Source: Nocardioidaceae bacterium (GTDB lineage Bacteria > Actinomycetota > Actinomycetes > Propionibacteriales > Nocardioidaceae). Taken from it: 32,105 nucleotides of DNA. Of the stretch, positions 8,532 through 16,809 are shown piece by piece. The position numbers and the translations under genes were made by a program. The stretch is from contig DASTGV010000105.1 of assembly GCA_035718765.1 (NCBI GenBank), positions 1-32,105 of the forward strand, given 5' to 3'. The notes under the pieces are model-generated. The model was not told where the DNA came from. It saw only the letters and a program-made list of their open reading frames with translations, and made no database searches. How positions within the stretch are numbered: position 1 is the first letter of the stretch; every line of letters starts with the position of its first letter.

Positions 8532-11500
8532 CAGAACATCCCCTCGTGGTCGAGCAGCGGGTCCCACACCTGCCGGGCGAGCTGCCCGAACCGGTGTTGC
8601 TCGTCCGCGAACGGCTCCCCGCGCACGGCCGGCTGCCCGAGCAGGTCGCGCAGCCGTGTGTCGCCCCACACCCGGCGGTGCTCGGCGTCGTCGAAGTCGC
8701 CGATCTCCCGGCCGTCGTTGAGACTGCGGCGCCACTCGGTGGCCGCCTTCGCGACGGCTCCCGCGACCGGCGAGCCCGCCCGCCGACGCTCGGCGTACAC
8801 GCTCGACGTCCTGGGGGCCAGCGGCAGCGGCTCGCACAGGCCGAGCCGGTAGAGGGCCACCAGCGTGCCGAGCGCGACCACGGCGTCCTCGGGGGTGGGC
8901 GGCACCAGCCCGGCCATCGCCGGCCCGTCGCTGCCCCGGCCCACGGTGGCGGCCCGCCAGTCGCGCCCCGGCCGGCCGGCCACGAGCGCCAGCAGCTGCA
9001 CCCAGGCACGGACCCGGTGCTTGGCACCGAGCCGGGAGTACTCGACCCGTACGATCCGGTCGTCGTGCACGCCCGGCACGGTGCCGGAGAGCCGGCTGCC
9101 GTCGGGCAGGACGACGGTGACGTCGAGCGCATCCGCGTCCCCGGCGCGCAGCCCGGCGGTCTTGGTGACCAGGTCCTCGACGTTGCGGGCCAGCGGGGTG
9201 ACGACCGCGTCGCCGAGCGCCCCCGGCGGGAGCTCGCCCCGCAGCCGCTCCGCGCGGACCGCCGCGTCCCGGCCGACGCCCGCCAGGCCCGCCCGCAGCA
9301 GGCGGTCGCCGACGGCCCAGTCCGCGAGCCCCCTCACCTCCACGGGAATGGCGTCGTCGGTCTCCTCGCCCTCGTCGACCGAGGTCAGCCCGAGCCGCTG
9401 GCGCAGGAAGGCGCGCACCGGGTGCTCCAGGAAGCGGACCAGGTCGTCGAGGTCGACCGCCGCGTCCTCCCGCGGGGCCAGCGGCTTGTCGAGGAAGGCG
9501 CCGGCGGCGGCCCGCGGCTCCAGGAGGGCCGCGGCGCCGGACCGGGCGGCCGTGTCGAAGCTGAACGGTCCCGGCTCGCCCAGGGCGCCGGCGACGAAGT
9601 TGCGCGCGTCGAACGGCTGGAGCGGGTGCCGCACCACCACGTCGGGGAGCAGGTCGAGCAGCTCGCCCAGCGGTACGGCCGGGGGCCGCTCGGCTCCCGT
9701 GCGCTCGTCGGCGCCGGTGTACAGCACCACCAGGCGCTCCTGCGCCGCCAGCACGGCGTCCAGGAACAGCTGCCGGTCCTCCGCGCGCGGGTCGCGCTCG
9801 CCGACCTGCGGGGTGCGGGCCAGCACGTCGTCGCCGTCGACGTGCGTCTGCCGTGGGAACACGCCGTCGTCGAGCCCGAGGAGGCAGACGACCCGGTGCG
9901 GGACGGACCGCATCGGCACCATCGTGCACATGGTCAGGTGGCCGGTGCGGAAGTTCGCCCGGGTGGGCCTTCCGCGCAGCCGATGGGCCAGCAGCGCCCG
10001 CGCGTCGGAGAGCCCGAGGCGCACGACGTCGGCCCGGTCGCCCGCGGCCTCGAGCGCCTCGGCCAGCTGGCGGCGGGCCTCCGCGACCTGCCACTCGTCC
10101 TGCGGGGCCACGTCGGTGAGGTCGTCGACGGCCCGGACGAGCGCGTCGACCCAGGCGGTCAGGGTCTGGTCGCGCTGGAGCGACGCGACCGCGAGCCCGA
10201 GCCGGTCGACGAGCTCGGCGAACCGGCCGGCCAGGTCGACGTCGTTGCTCTCCACGTCGTCGAGCGGCAGCGCGAGCCCGACCGTGCGCAGGCCGTCCTC
10301 GTCCATCGCCGCCCCGACCAGCAGCCGGTCGAGCCCGGCCTGCCAGGTGTTCTGCCGCACGCCGGTGAGGTGGTACGGCGCGCGGGCCTCGGCGTCGAGA
10401 CCCCAGCGCACACCGGAGCGTCGGACCCAGTCGCCGACGAGCTCGAGGGCGTCGTCGTCGAGCCCGAACCTGGTCCGGACCGGGGGCATCGCCGCGAGGT
10501 CGAGCACCTCCGACGCCGTCAGCCGGGAGTCCGCGAGGTCGAGCAGCCGGGCCACCACCCCCAGCACCGGGTTGGTCTGGCGCAGCGACCGGTCGGCCAA
10601 CCGGACCCGCAGGGCGTGCCCCGGATGCGCCTCGCCTGCGTCGTCGTCGAGACCGCCGAAGGCGGCGGCGACGAGCGGCGCGTAGGACTCGATGTCCGGG
10701 CACATCACGACGATGTCGCGTGGCTCGAGGGTCGGGTCGTCGGCCAGCATCCCGAGCAGCACCTCGCGGAGCACCTCGACCTGCCGCTGCCGTCCGTGGC
10801 AGGCGTGCACCTGCACCGACCGGTCCGCCGTGTCCGCCACGCGTGGCCGGCGGTCCTCGCGGACGTCCTCCTGCAGCCGTCCCAGCACCGTCTCCGCCGG
10901 TGGCCGCGTCTCGGCGTGCGCGACCCGCCCCGCCGGAAGCCGCAGCTGCAGCTCCCGCGCGTCGCGGGCGCACGACCGCAGCAGCGGGTGCACCGGCAGG
11001 TCGGCGGTCGGGTCGCCCCGGCGCGCCGCCGCCGTCGCACCACTGTCGGCCACGCGGTCCCACAGCGCCCGGGAGGGGTGCGGCAGCCACAGGTGCACGT
11101 CGCGGTGGGCGGCCAGTGCGTCCAGGACGGTCAGCTGCTCGGTGGTCATCCGGGTCGGCCCGAACACCGACAGCCGGGCCGGCAGGTCGACGTCGTCCGG
11201 GGCGGCCCGCAGCCGGTCGCACGCGTCCGCGAGCCGCTCCGCGGGGCTGTCCGTGCCGATCGCCGCGCGCACCCGCCGCCACAGCTCCGCCTGCCACACC
11301 AGGTCCTCGTCGAGGCTCGCGCCCGGCCCGGCCGTGTCCCGTCCGGCCGCCCAGTCCCGCAGCATCGCGGGCCGCTGCGCGCCGTACCCGGTGAACAGCG
11401 CGGCGACCTTCTGCGCGACCGCCACCCGGCGGCCCTGGTCGCGCTGCCCGTCGAGCAGGCCGAGGTGCCGGCCGAGGGTCACGCACCACTCCTCCGCGCC

Positions 11501-11824
11501 GCAGCGGTCGACCACGTCGAGCAGCACCCACGCCAGCCGGGGCTCGCTCCACGGGTCGTCGCGCGGCTCGACGCCGGTGCCCGTCGCGAGCGCGTCCGCG
11601 ACCACCCGGGCCGGGGAGGGGAACAGCACGTTGGCGCAGACGCCGTCGCCGGTCGACGTACCCAGCGACGCCGCCAGGGTCTGCGTGATCCACCGCTCGA
11701 CCCCCTTGGACGGCACCGCCACGACGTCGGGGGTGAACGGGTCGTCGGGCGGCGAGCCGAGCAGCGCACCCAGTCCGCGCACCAGCGCGTCCGCGCGCTC
11801 GGCGCGATGGATGTGCAGCGTCAC
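8531..11824 (-). CDS. recC: Exodeoxyribonuclease V gamma subunit RecC
   Basis: GTG with GGAGGT RBS; 1097 aa. Motifs DPFTPDVVAVPSKGVERW, VHACHGRQRQVEVLR, DIVVMCPDIE, TMVPMRSVPH, HPLQPFD. First gene of the recCBD operon. Confidence 0.96.
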   Translation of the reverse strand: MTLHIHRAERADALVRGLGALLGSPPDDPFTPDVVAVPSKGVERWITQTLAASLGTSTGDGVCANVLFPSPARVVADALATGTGVEPRDDPWSEPRLAWVLLDVVDRCGAEEWCVTLGRHLGLLDGQRDQGRRVAVAQKVAALFTGYGAQRPAMLRDWAAGRDTAGPGASLDEDLVWQAELWRRVRAAIGTDSPAERLADACDRLRAAPDDVDLPARLSVFGPTRMTTEQLTVLDALAAHRDVHLWLPHPSRALWDRVADSGATAAARRGDPTADLPVHPLLRSCARDARELQLRLPAGRVAHAETRPPAETVLGRLQEDVREDRRPRVADTADRSVQVHACHGRQRQVEVLREVLLGMLADDPTLEPRDIVVMCPDIESYAPLVAAAFGGLDDDAGEAHPGHALRVRLADRSLRQTNPVLGVVARLLDLADSRLTASEVLDLAAMPPVRTRFGLDDDALELVGDWVRRSGVRWGLDAEARAPYHLTGVRQNTWQAGLDRLLVGAAMDEDGLRTVGLALPLDDVESNDVDLAGRFAELVDRLGLAVASLQRDQTLTAWVDALVRAVDDLTDVAPQDEWQVAEARRQLAEALEAAGDRADVVRLGLSDARALLAHRLRGRPTRANFRTGHLTMCTMVPMRSVPHRVVCLLGLDDGVFPRQTHVDGDDVLARTPQVGERDPRAEDRQLFLDAVLAAQERLVVLYTGADERTGAERPPAVPLGELLDLLPDVVVRHPLQPFDARNFVAGALGEPGPFSFDTAARSGAAALLEPRAAAGAFLDKPLAPREDAAVDLDDLVRFLEHPVRAFLRQRLGLTSVDEGEETDDAIPVEVRGLADWAVGDRLLRAGLAGVGRDAAVRAERLRGELPPGALGDAVVTPLARNVEDLVTKTAGLRAGDADALDVTVVLPDGSRLSGTVPGVHDDRIVRVEYSRLGAKHRVRAWVQLLALVAGRPGRDWRAATVGRGSDGPAMAGLVPPTPEDAVVALGTLVALYRLGLCEPLPLAPRTSSVYAERRRAGSPVAGAVAKAATEWRRSLNDGREIGDFDDAEHRRVWGDTRLRDLLGQPAVRGEPFADEQHRFGQLARQVWDPLLDHEGMF

Positions 11825-11863
11825 GGGACCTCCCCCACGGGCGCCACCTCGACGCCGGGCACG

Positions 11864-11869
11864 ACCCTA
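11864..11869 (-). promoter_or_regulatory. Putative -10 element (TAGGGT) for recCBD
   Basis: TANNNT hexamer about 40 nt upstream of the recC GTG. Confidence 0.4.
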
Positions 11870-11942
11870 GGTCATGGCACCCCCCGAACTCGGACCACCG
11901 TGGCCACCGGGGCGTCTCCCCGCGCCGCGACCGAGACCCCGG

Positions 11943-13022
11943 CTACCAGCCCTCCGCCACGAACGCGTCCACGAGCCGGCGCAGCTCGGGCTCGGCGCCG
12001 AGGTCGAGCGGCTGCAGCGACCCGGTCGCGCCCTTCGTCCGGGCGAGCACCTGCTCGCCGACACCGACCACCACGGACCACGCGTCCGCCGTCGCGAGCT
12101 CCGCCGACGACAGGCGCTCTCGGTCGAACCGTGCCGCCAGCAACGGGCTGACGCCTTCGGCGTCGCGGCGGACGGCGACCACGGTCACCGACGCCGCACC
12201 CGGCGCCATGGCGAGGGTCTCCTTGACGGAGACGAGCACGTGGCCGGCGACGAGCTGGCGGTACCACTCGGCGACCTGGGTCCTGGTCGCCTGGCGCAGG
12301 CTCAGGTTGCCGGCCGCGGTGACACCCGGGGCACGGTCCGGGAGCGCATCCTCGCCCGGCACCAGCACCACGATCGCGACGTCCCCGCCGTCGGTGCCCA
12401 CCGCGGCCACCGGTGCGTCGTTGTCCTCGAACGCCGCTTCGAGCACCGGAAGGACGACGTCCTCGTCGTTCTCGAGCAGGCGTTCCCAGGTCGCGTCCAG
12501 CCTCGACTGCTCGGCCACCTGGTCCCGACGGGCCTCGGCCAGGAGCCGACGCGCGACCGTCTCCGCCTGGTCACGGGCACGGCGTCTGGCCTCCCGGCGC
12601 TCGGTGCGCGCGAAGAGACCGACGCCCGCCAACGCGGTTCGCTCCTCCGTGGCCAGCACCGCGGCGAAGGGCGGAAGCGCGGGCATCGGCGCCAGCCGGC
12701 GCTGCAGTGGCGCGAAGTCCTGCCGGTGCAGACGGTGGACCGCATCGAGGCGGGCGGCGATGAGCCGTGCCTGTTGAGCCTTCTCCGCCTGGTTGATCTG
12801 CGCCGGAGTGGGGCCGACGGCGTACGACGGGCGTCCCGGTCGCCGAGGCGACGCGCCGCCGGACGTGTAGTAGGTGAAGGGACCCGCGCCCGTCGAGACG
12901 CCGGTCCGTCCGCCGCCGACATGCAACCGGGCGGCACGCGGACCCACGTGTGCACGGAGTCCGCGTGACGACGCGGAGAGTCGGACGCCGGGCGCGAGCC
13001 GGACGGAGAAGAAGCTCGGCAT
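11943..13022 (-). CDS. DUF4236 domain protein with coiled-coil region and alpha/beta C-terminal domain
   Basis: N-terminus FSVRLAPGVRLSASSRGLRAHVGPRAARLHVGGGRTGVSTGAGPFTY matches DUF4236, followed by an Arg/Ala/Glu-rich helical segment. Confidence 0.8.
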   Translation of the reverse strand: MPSFFSVRLAPGVRLSASSRGLRAHVGPRAARLHVGGGRTGVSTGAGPFTYYTSGGASPRRPGRPSYAVGPTPAQINQAEKAQQARLIAARLDAVHRLHRQDFAPLQRRLAPMPALPPFAAVLATEERTALAGVGLFARTERREARRRARDQAETVARRLLAEARRDQVAEQSRLDATWERLLENDEDVVLPVLEAAFEDNDAPVAAVGTDGGDVAIVVLVPGEDALPDRAPGVTAAGNLSLRQATRTQVAEWYRQLVAGHVLVSVKETLAMAPGAASVTVVAVRRDAEGVSPLLAARFDRERLSSAELATADAWSVVVGVGEQVLARTKGATGSLQPLDLGAEPELRRLVDAFVAEGW

Positions 13023-13024
13023 CC

Positions 13025-13660
13025 CTACTCGCAGACCTCGCCGTCGCCGTCCCCGTCGCGGTACCAGTCGTACTCCGGGTCCCGGCCCTGGACGTACGGT
13101 CCGTAGCCCGCTGCGTTCGCCTCGTAGCAGTAGTCGAACCGCGGGTCGGTCGACGGCGCAGCGGCGACCGACCTGGCCGCCGCCTTCGCCGCCGCAACGC
13201 GGGCGTCGGCACGTCGTCGTTCGCGGGCCACCGCCTGGCTCACCGCCTGGGCGACGGCCCGGCGCCGGGTCCGCTCGGCCGCGGCCACGACCGCGCGCAG
13301 GTGGCGCTTCGCCGACTGGCGCACCGCACTCAGACGAGTGACCTGCCGGGACCGCAGTGCGGCAACCCGCTGGTCGGCCTCGGCCTGGGCCGCTGCGACG
13401 TCGGCGGCTCCGTTGTCGGCCACCGCCCCCGTCGCTGGGGTCGGAGTCACGGTCACCGTCGCGGTGGTGCTCGCCGCGGCCCGGGCCGGCTCGGGAGCCC
13501 CGCTGGAGCCGGCCAGGCCGACGACGAGCCCGAGGAACAGGCCGACGAGCGCGCCGCCGACCCCGGTGAGCAGTCCGACCGTCGTACGCGTCCAGATGGG
13601 CGCCTTGGGCGGGAACCAGCCCGGGTACTCCTCGACGGGCGGGAGCGCCTCGTCGCCCAC
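13025..13660 (-). CDS. Membrane-anchored Excalibur calcium-binding domain protein
   Basis: Probable GTG start at 13660. One TM segment (VGLLTGVGGALVGLFLGLVVGLA), a Thr/Ala linker, a coiled coil, and C-terminal FDYCYEANAAGYGPY...YRDGDGDGEVCE. Start position is uncertain. Confidence 0.82.
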   Translation of the reverse strand: MGDEALPPVEEYPGWFPPKAPIWTRTTVGLLTGVGGALVGLFLGLVVGLAGSSGAPEPARAAASTTATVTVTPTPATGAVADNGAADVAAAQAEADQRVAALRSRQVTRLSAVRQSAKRHLRAVVAAAERTRRRAVAQAVSQAVARERRRADARVAAAKAAARSVAAAPSTDPRFDYCYEANAAGYGPYVQGRDPEYDWYRDGDGDGEVCE

Positions 13661-13665
13661 CGCGG

Positions 13666-13932
13666 CTACCGCTGCTCGCAGGCGATGCGGTCGCCGTCGC
13701 GGTCGCTCTTCCTGTTGGCGTAGTAGAGCGCGTTGCTGCGCTTGAAGCTGGTCACCGGCGTGCCGCTGGTGTGGTCGTGCGCACCGAACTTGCCGACGCC
13801 GTGCGGGTAGACGCGGTGCATGGCGGTGCAGTTGGCGAACGTGCGCGCGGTGGCGTCGGCGGCACCCGACCCGGTCGTGACGACGCAGACAGTGGCCACG
13901 GCGAGCAGGACAGCCTTCGATGCGTGCTTCAA
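13666..13932 (-). CDS. Small secreted Excalibur calcium-binding domain protein
   Basis: TTG start with GGGGGA RBS; signal peptide KHASKAVLLAVATVCVV...ADA; FANCTAMHRVYPHGVG...DRDGDRIACE. Confidence 0.82.
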   Translation of the reverse strand: MKHASKAVLLAVATVCVVTTGSGAADATARTFANCTAMHRVYPHGVGKFGAHDHTSGTPVTSFKRSNALYYANRKSDRDGDRIACEQR

Positions 13933-14138
13933 GTTGGGTTCCCCCGTAGGTGTGTGGTTGAGCCAACCATTCTCCGGGAGCGACCCTCGGCTTGTCCGGC
14001 GAACGGCAGGATCGACAGCCGGACCCGACAATCCCGGCTGCCCCCTTCGGGCTCCCCCGGGCTGGCTATGGCCGCTGGACGCGCGCCGTTGCGAGGATCG
14101 TGCGTTGCGCACCCGGGAACCGCACGACGGGAGCTGCC

Positions 14139-14618
14139 ATGGCCGAGCCGGCGAGAGTCGAACGACGGATGCTCCTGCGAGGCGCCGGTGTCGCCGGCGC
14201 GACCCTCGCCGGGGTGGCGGCCGTGGCTCCGGCGGCGGCCGACGGCGGCGGGCACGACGTGCTCGGCGCGTGGCTGGTCACGCACACCGACGACCCGCCC
14301 AGCGAGACCGACCCCGGCACCAGCGTGGTCGGCTTCGCCACCGGGGGACTGATGACCAACCAGGACCTCAACCCCATGGGCGCCGCGGGCGTGGGCACGT
14401 GGGAGCCACGGGGCGGCGGCGACTTCAGGGCGAAGTTCTGGACCGGCTTCCCGGGCCCGAACAACGGACCGGGCGGCTTCATCAAGATCTCCGTGCGCGG
14501 CAGCGTCGACGGTGACCGGATCAAGGGCACGTACCACGGGCACGTGTTCGTCGCCTCGACCGGCGCCCCCGAGGGCGAGTTCAAGGGCACGCTCGAGGGC
14601 AAGCGCGTCGTGCCCTGA
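14139..14618 (+). CDS. Tat-exported hypothetical protein, predicted beta-rich
   Basis: GGGAG RBS; signal MAEPARVERRMLLRGAGVAGATLAGVAAVAPAAA with twin Arg and AxA cleavage site. GC3-rich codon usage. Confidence 0.8.
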   Translation: MAEPARVERRMLLRGAGVAGATLAGVAAVAPAAADGGGHDVLGAWLVTHTDDPPSETDPGTSVVGFATGGLMTNQDLNPMGAAGVGTWEPRGGGDFRAKFWTGFPGPNNGPGGFIKISVRGSVDGDRIKGTYHGHVFVASTGAPEGEFKGTLEGKRVVP

Positions 14619-14640
14619 CCGGCTGGACCGCGGCGGTCAG
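14615..14640. terminator. Possible bidirectional terminator between convergent genes
   Basis: 7-bp inverted repeat CTGACCG...CGGTCAG spanning both stop codons. Confidence 0.35.
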
Positions 14641-14822
14641 CCCGCCGGGGTCACGTGCGCGTCGGGTCCGGGGAAGCTGAGCCCCTCGTGCCCGTCGGAC
14701 CAGCGGACGAGGTACGGCGGAGCACCCTGCTCCCCGTGCACCTCGAGGATCTCGCCCTCGCGCCGCGGCTGCTCGACCGTCCTGCTCTCGACGACCAAGT
14801 GGTCGCCCACCTTCGCGTGCAT
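14637..14822 (-). CDS. DUF1918 domain protein
   Basis: GAAAGG RBS; MHAKVGDHLVVESRTVEQPRREGEILEVHGEQGAPPYLVRWSDGHEGLSFPGPDA is typical DUF1918. Confidence 0.9.
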   Translation of the reverse strand: MHAKVGDHLVVESRTVEQPRREGEILEVHGEQGAPPYLVRWSDGHEGLSFPGPDAHVTPAG

Positions 14823-14921
14823 CCGAACCGCCTTTCCACCGACACCGTCCACGATGCACCCGCCCCGCCGTGCGGACAACCGTCTGACCGGGCCCGTCCA
14901 CACCGGGCCCACACTGGGCGC

Positions 14922-15485
14922 ATGCCCGCGTTCTCCGTCTGCCTGCTCCTCGACGAGCGCGCGGACCAGGCCGTCCGGGGTCTGTGGCGACGGCTGGAGA
15001 GCGACGGCGTGCGCACCCTGGCGACGCACACGCACGGCCGGCACGTCCCGCACCTCACGCTGGCCTCCCTGGGGTGCCCGGACGTCGAGCACGTCCGGCG
15101 ACCGGTCGCGGACCTCGTCCCGCCGCCGTCGTTCGACCTCGAGTTCCACGCGCTCGGGCTGTTCACCCGCAGCCGCTGCTGGCTGCTGCCCACCACGACC
15201 ATCGACCTACTGCGCTACCAGGAGGCGGTCGCGACCGCGCTGGACGGTCATGAGGTGCACCGCCACTACCGGCCGGGCTCGTGGCAGCCGCACCTGACCC
15301 TCGCCCCCCGGATGCCGGTCGAGGCGCTGCCCCAGGTCGCCTCCCGGGTCTACGAGGTGCTCCCGCTGGCCGCGAGCCTGCGCCGCCTGGTGGTCGTCGA
15401 CACGAGCACCGGCGCCGTGCACGACGTCAACGGGGCGGCAGCCCCAGCAGCAGGTACGTCTCCACCGGCTCCGCCTTCCCCTTGA
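14922..15485 (+). CDS. 2H phosphoesterase (2'-5' RNA ligase family)
   Basis: Two HxT motifs, PHLTLAS and PHLTLAP. The 3' end overlaps the convergent cyclase gene by 59 bp. Confidence 0.88.
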   Translation: MPAFSVCLLLDERADQAVRGLWRRLESDGVRTLATHTHGRHVPHLTLASLGCPDVEHVRRPVADLVPPPSFDLEFHALGLFTRSRCWLLPTTTIDLLRYQEAVATALDGHEVHRHYRPGSWQPHLTLAPRMPVEALPQVASRVYEVLPLAASLRRLVVVDTSTGAVHDVNGAAAPAAGTSPPAPPSP

Positions 15486-16809
15486 GCGCCAGCGCACCGA
15501 GCGGGCTGGTCACCGCCTCGGGCAGGTCCGCCAGGGTGGTGGGGCCGATCGCGACCCCGCCGGCCGGCGCCTTGCCCTCGATCCGCGAGGCGGTGTTGAC
15601 GGTGTCGCCGATGACGGTGTGCGTGCGCCCGCCGCCGGTGCCGAGCACGCTCACCGTGGCCGGCCCGCTGTTGATGCCGACCCGGAACCGCGGCCACCCC
15701 GGGTGCCGGTCGGCCACCCTGCCGGTCGCGGCCTGCATCGCGAGACCGGCGGCCGCCGCCCGCCGCGCGTGGTCCGGCTGGTCGCCGCGCTTGTTGAACG
15801 TGACCATCAGCGCGTCGCCGATGATCCGGTCCACGTCGCCGCCGTACGGGTCGACGACCGCCGGCACGGCGACCGCGAAGTACTCGTTGAGCATCGCCGT
15901 CACCTCCTCGGGCAGGTGCGCCTCGGAGTACGTCGTGAAGCCCTGCAGGTCCGCGAACAGCACGCTCATGTCGCGGTTCCCGGCCCGGTTCTCGGACAGG
16001 TACAGGTCGGCGAACCGCTCCTCGTGCCAGGACATCCGCGCGCCCACCGCGACCAGGGCGAACGCCGCCAGCATCAAGAGGTGCCACTCCCACCACGACA
16101 GGTGCCAGTTGCGGGCGAACACGATCGCCACCAGCGCCTCGGCCAGCAGCAGGAACGCCGCCATCATCGCGACCAGCATCGGTGCGGCCCGGCGCCGCCA
16201 GAGCAGGAGGTACCGCCACGCGGCGTACCCGTACAGCGCGATCGCCGGCACCGCCAGCAGGGCGGGCAGCCGCTCGACCCTGGTGACGGCGCCGGTGAGC
16301 GGCGGCAGCTTGCCGAGCGAGAGCACCGCCCACAGCAGCATCAGCGAGAGCAGCAGGACCCGGACCCGCCGTCCGAGCCGCACCGCCGCGACCGCCCGCT
16401 CCCCCGTGTAGTCCACGGTCGACCAGGCGGCCAGCACCGACCCGAGCGCCAGCCCGACCGGGGTCGCGACCACGAAGCCCGGGTTCGGGGTCGCGAGCAG
16501 CACGCCCGGAGTGGCCAGCGCGTGCAGGGCGAGGAACCCCGCCGACGACAGGAACGCCAGGGACACGAACAGCACCCGCGCGTCGCCCCGTCGTACGGCG
16601 GCCGCCCCGGTCGCGTACGCCAGCACCGACGACACCGCCGCGGTGCCCAGCACCAGCCAGAAGTGCGACGGGTGGTGCTCCCAGTGCAGGTCCGCGCCCG
16701 GCCGTCCGAGCAGCAGCACCAGTCCGGCCAGCGGGAGGGCGAGCGCGACCCCGACCGCCGCCGACCGGGTCCCGGCGGCCGGGCGGGCCTGGTCCCCCGG
16801 CTCAGTCAT
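15427..16809 (-). CDS. Membrane-bound class III adenylate/guanylate cyclase with multi-TM (MASE-like) sensor region
   Basis: About 7 hydrophobic segments, then SVLFADLQGFT, DRIIGDALM, RVGINSG, HTVIGDTVNTASRIE. Confidence 0.92.
   Translation of the reverse strand: MTEPGDQARPAAGTRSAAVGVALALPLAGLVLLLGRPGADLHWEHHPSHFWLVLGTAAVSSVLAYATGAAAVRRGDARVLFVSLAFLSSAGFLALHALATPGVLLATPNPGFVVATPVGLALGSVLAAWSTVDYTGERAVAAVRLGRRVRVLLLSLMLLWAVLSLGKLPPLTGAVTRVERLPALLAVPAIALYGYAAWRYLLLWRRRAAPMLVAMMAAFLLLAEALVAIVFARNWHLSWWEWHLLMLAAFALVAVGARMSWHEERFADLYLSENRAGNRDMSVLFADLQGFTTYSEAHLPEEVTAMLNEYFAVAVPAVVDPYGGDVDRIIGDALMVTFNKRGDQPDHARRAAAAGLAMQAATGRVADRHPGWPRFRVGINSGPATVSVLGTGGGRTHTVIGDTVNTASRIEGKAPAGGVAIGPTTLADLPEAVTSPLGALALKGKAEPVETYLLLGLPPR

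Noticed and set aside
5211-11693. 2160-aa ORF suggesting a giant RecB fusion (and the 1194-aa ORF 3376..6960 for RecD)
   Set aside because: The N-terminal extensions are Arg/Gly/Pro-rich off-frame readings of recC or recB. True starts sit at the TGATG and ATGA overlaps (8531 and 5214).
11825-11942. SOS box or PafBC (RecA-NDp) motif upstream of recC
   Set aside because: Neither TCGAAC-N4-GTTCGA nor TGTCGG-N10-TANNNT is present with correct spacing.
5361-12151. Very long plus-strand ORFs (1163 aa, 1290 aa, 606 aa) antisense to recBC, and similar ORFs opposite other genes
   Set aside because: Shadow ORFs expected from stop-codon scarcity at high GC3; no recognisable motifs or RBS.
13025-13966. 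Single 313-aa ORF or frameshift joining the two Excalibur genes
   Set aside because: The upstream portion is an off-frame reading of the 13666..13932 gene. Each gene has its own export signal and complete DxDxDxxxCE end.
13933-14138. c-di-AMP (ydaO) riboswitch before the secreted Excalibur gene
   Set aside because: The conserved ydaO segments (GCCGAAUCC, GGGGUGAAU, CCCGUCAGCUAAC) are not found.
14887-14910. Direct repeat ACCGGGCCC x2
   Set aside because: Only two short GC-rich copies, plausible by chance; not a CRISPR or iteron array.
15427-16809. Pycsar/CBASS anti-phage system
   Set aside because: No cNMP-binding TM/TIR effector nearby, and the multi-TM sensor-cyclase architecture fits ordinary signalling.
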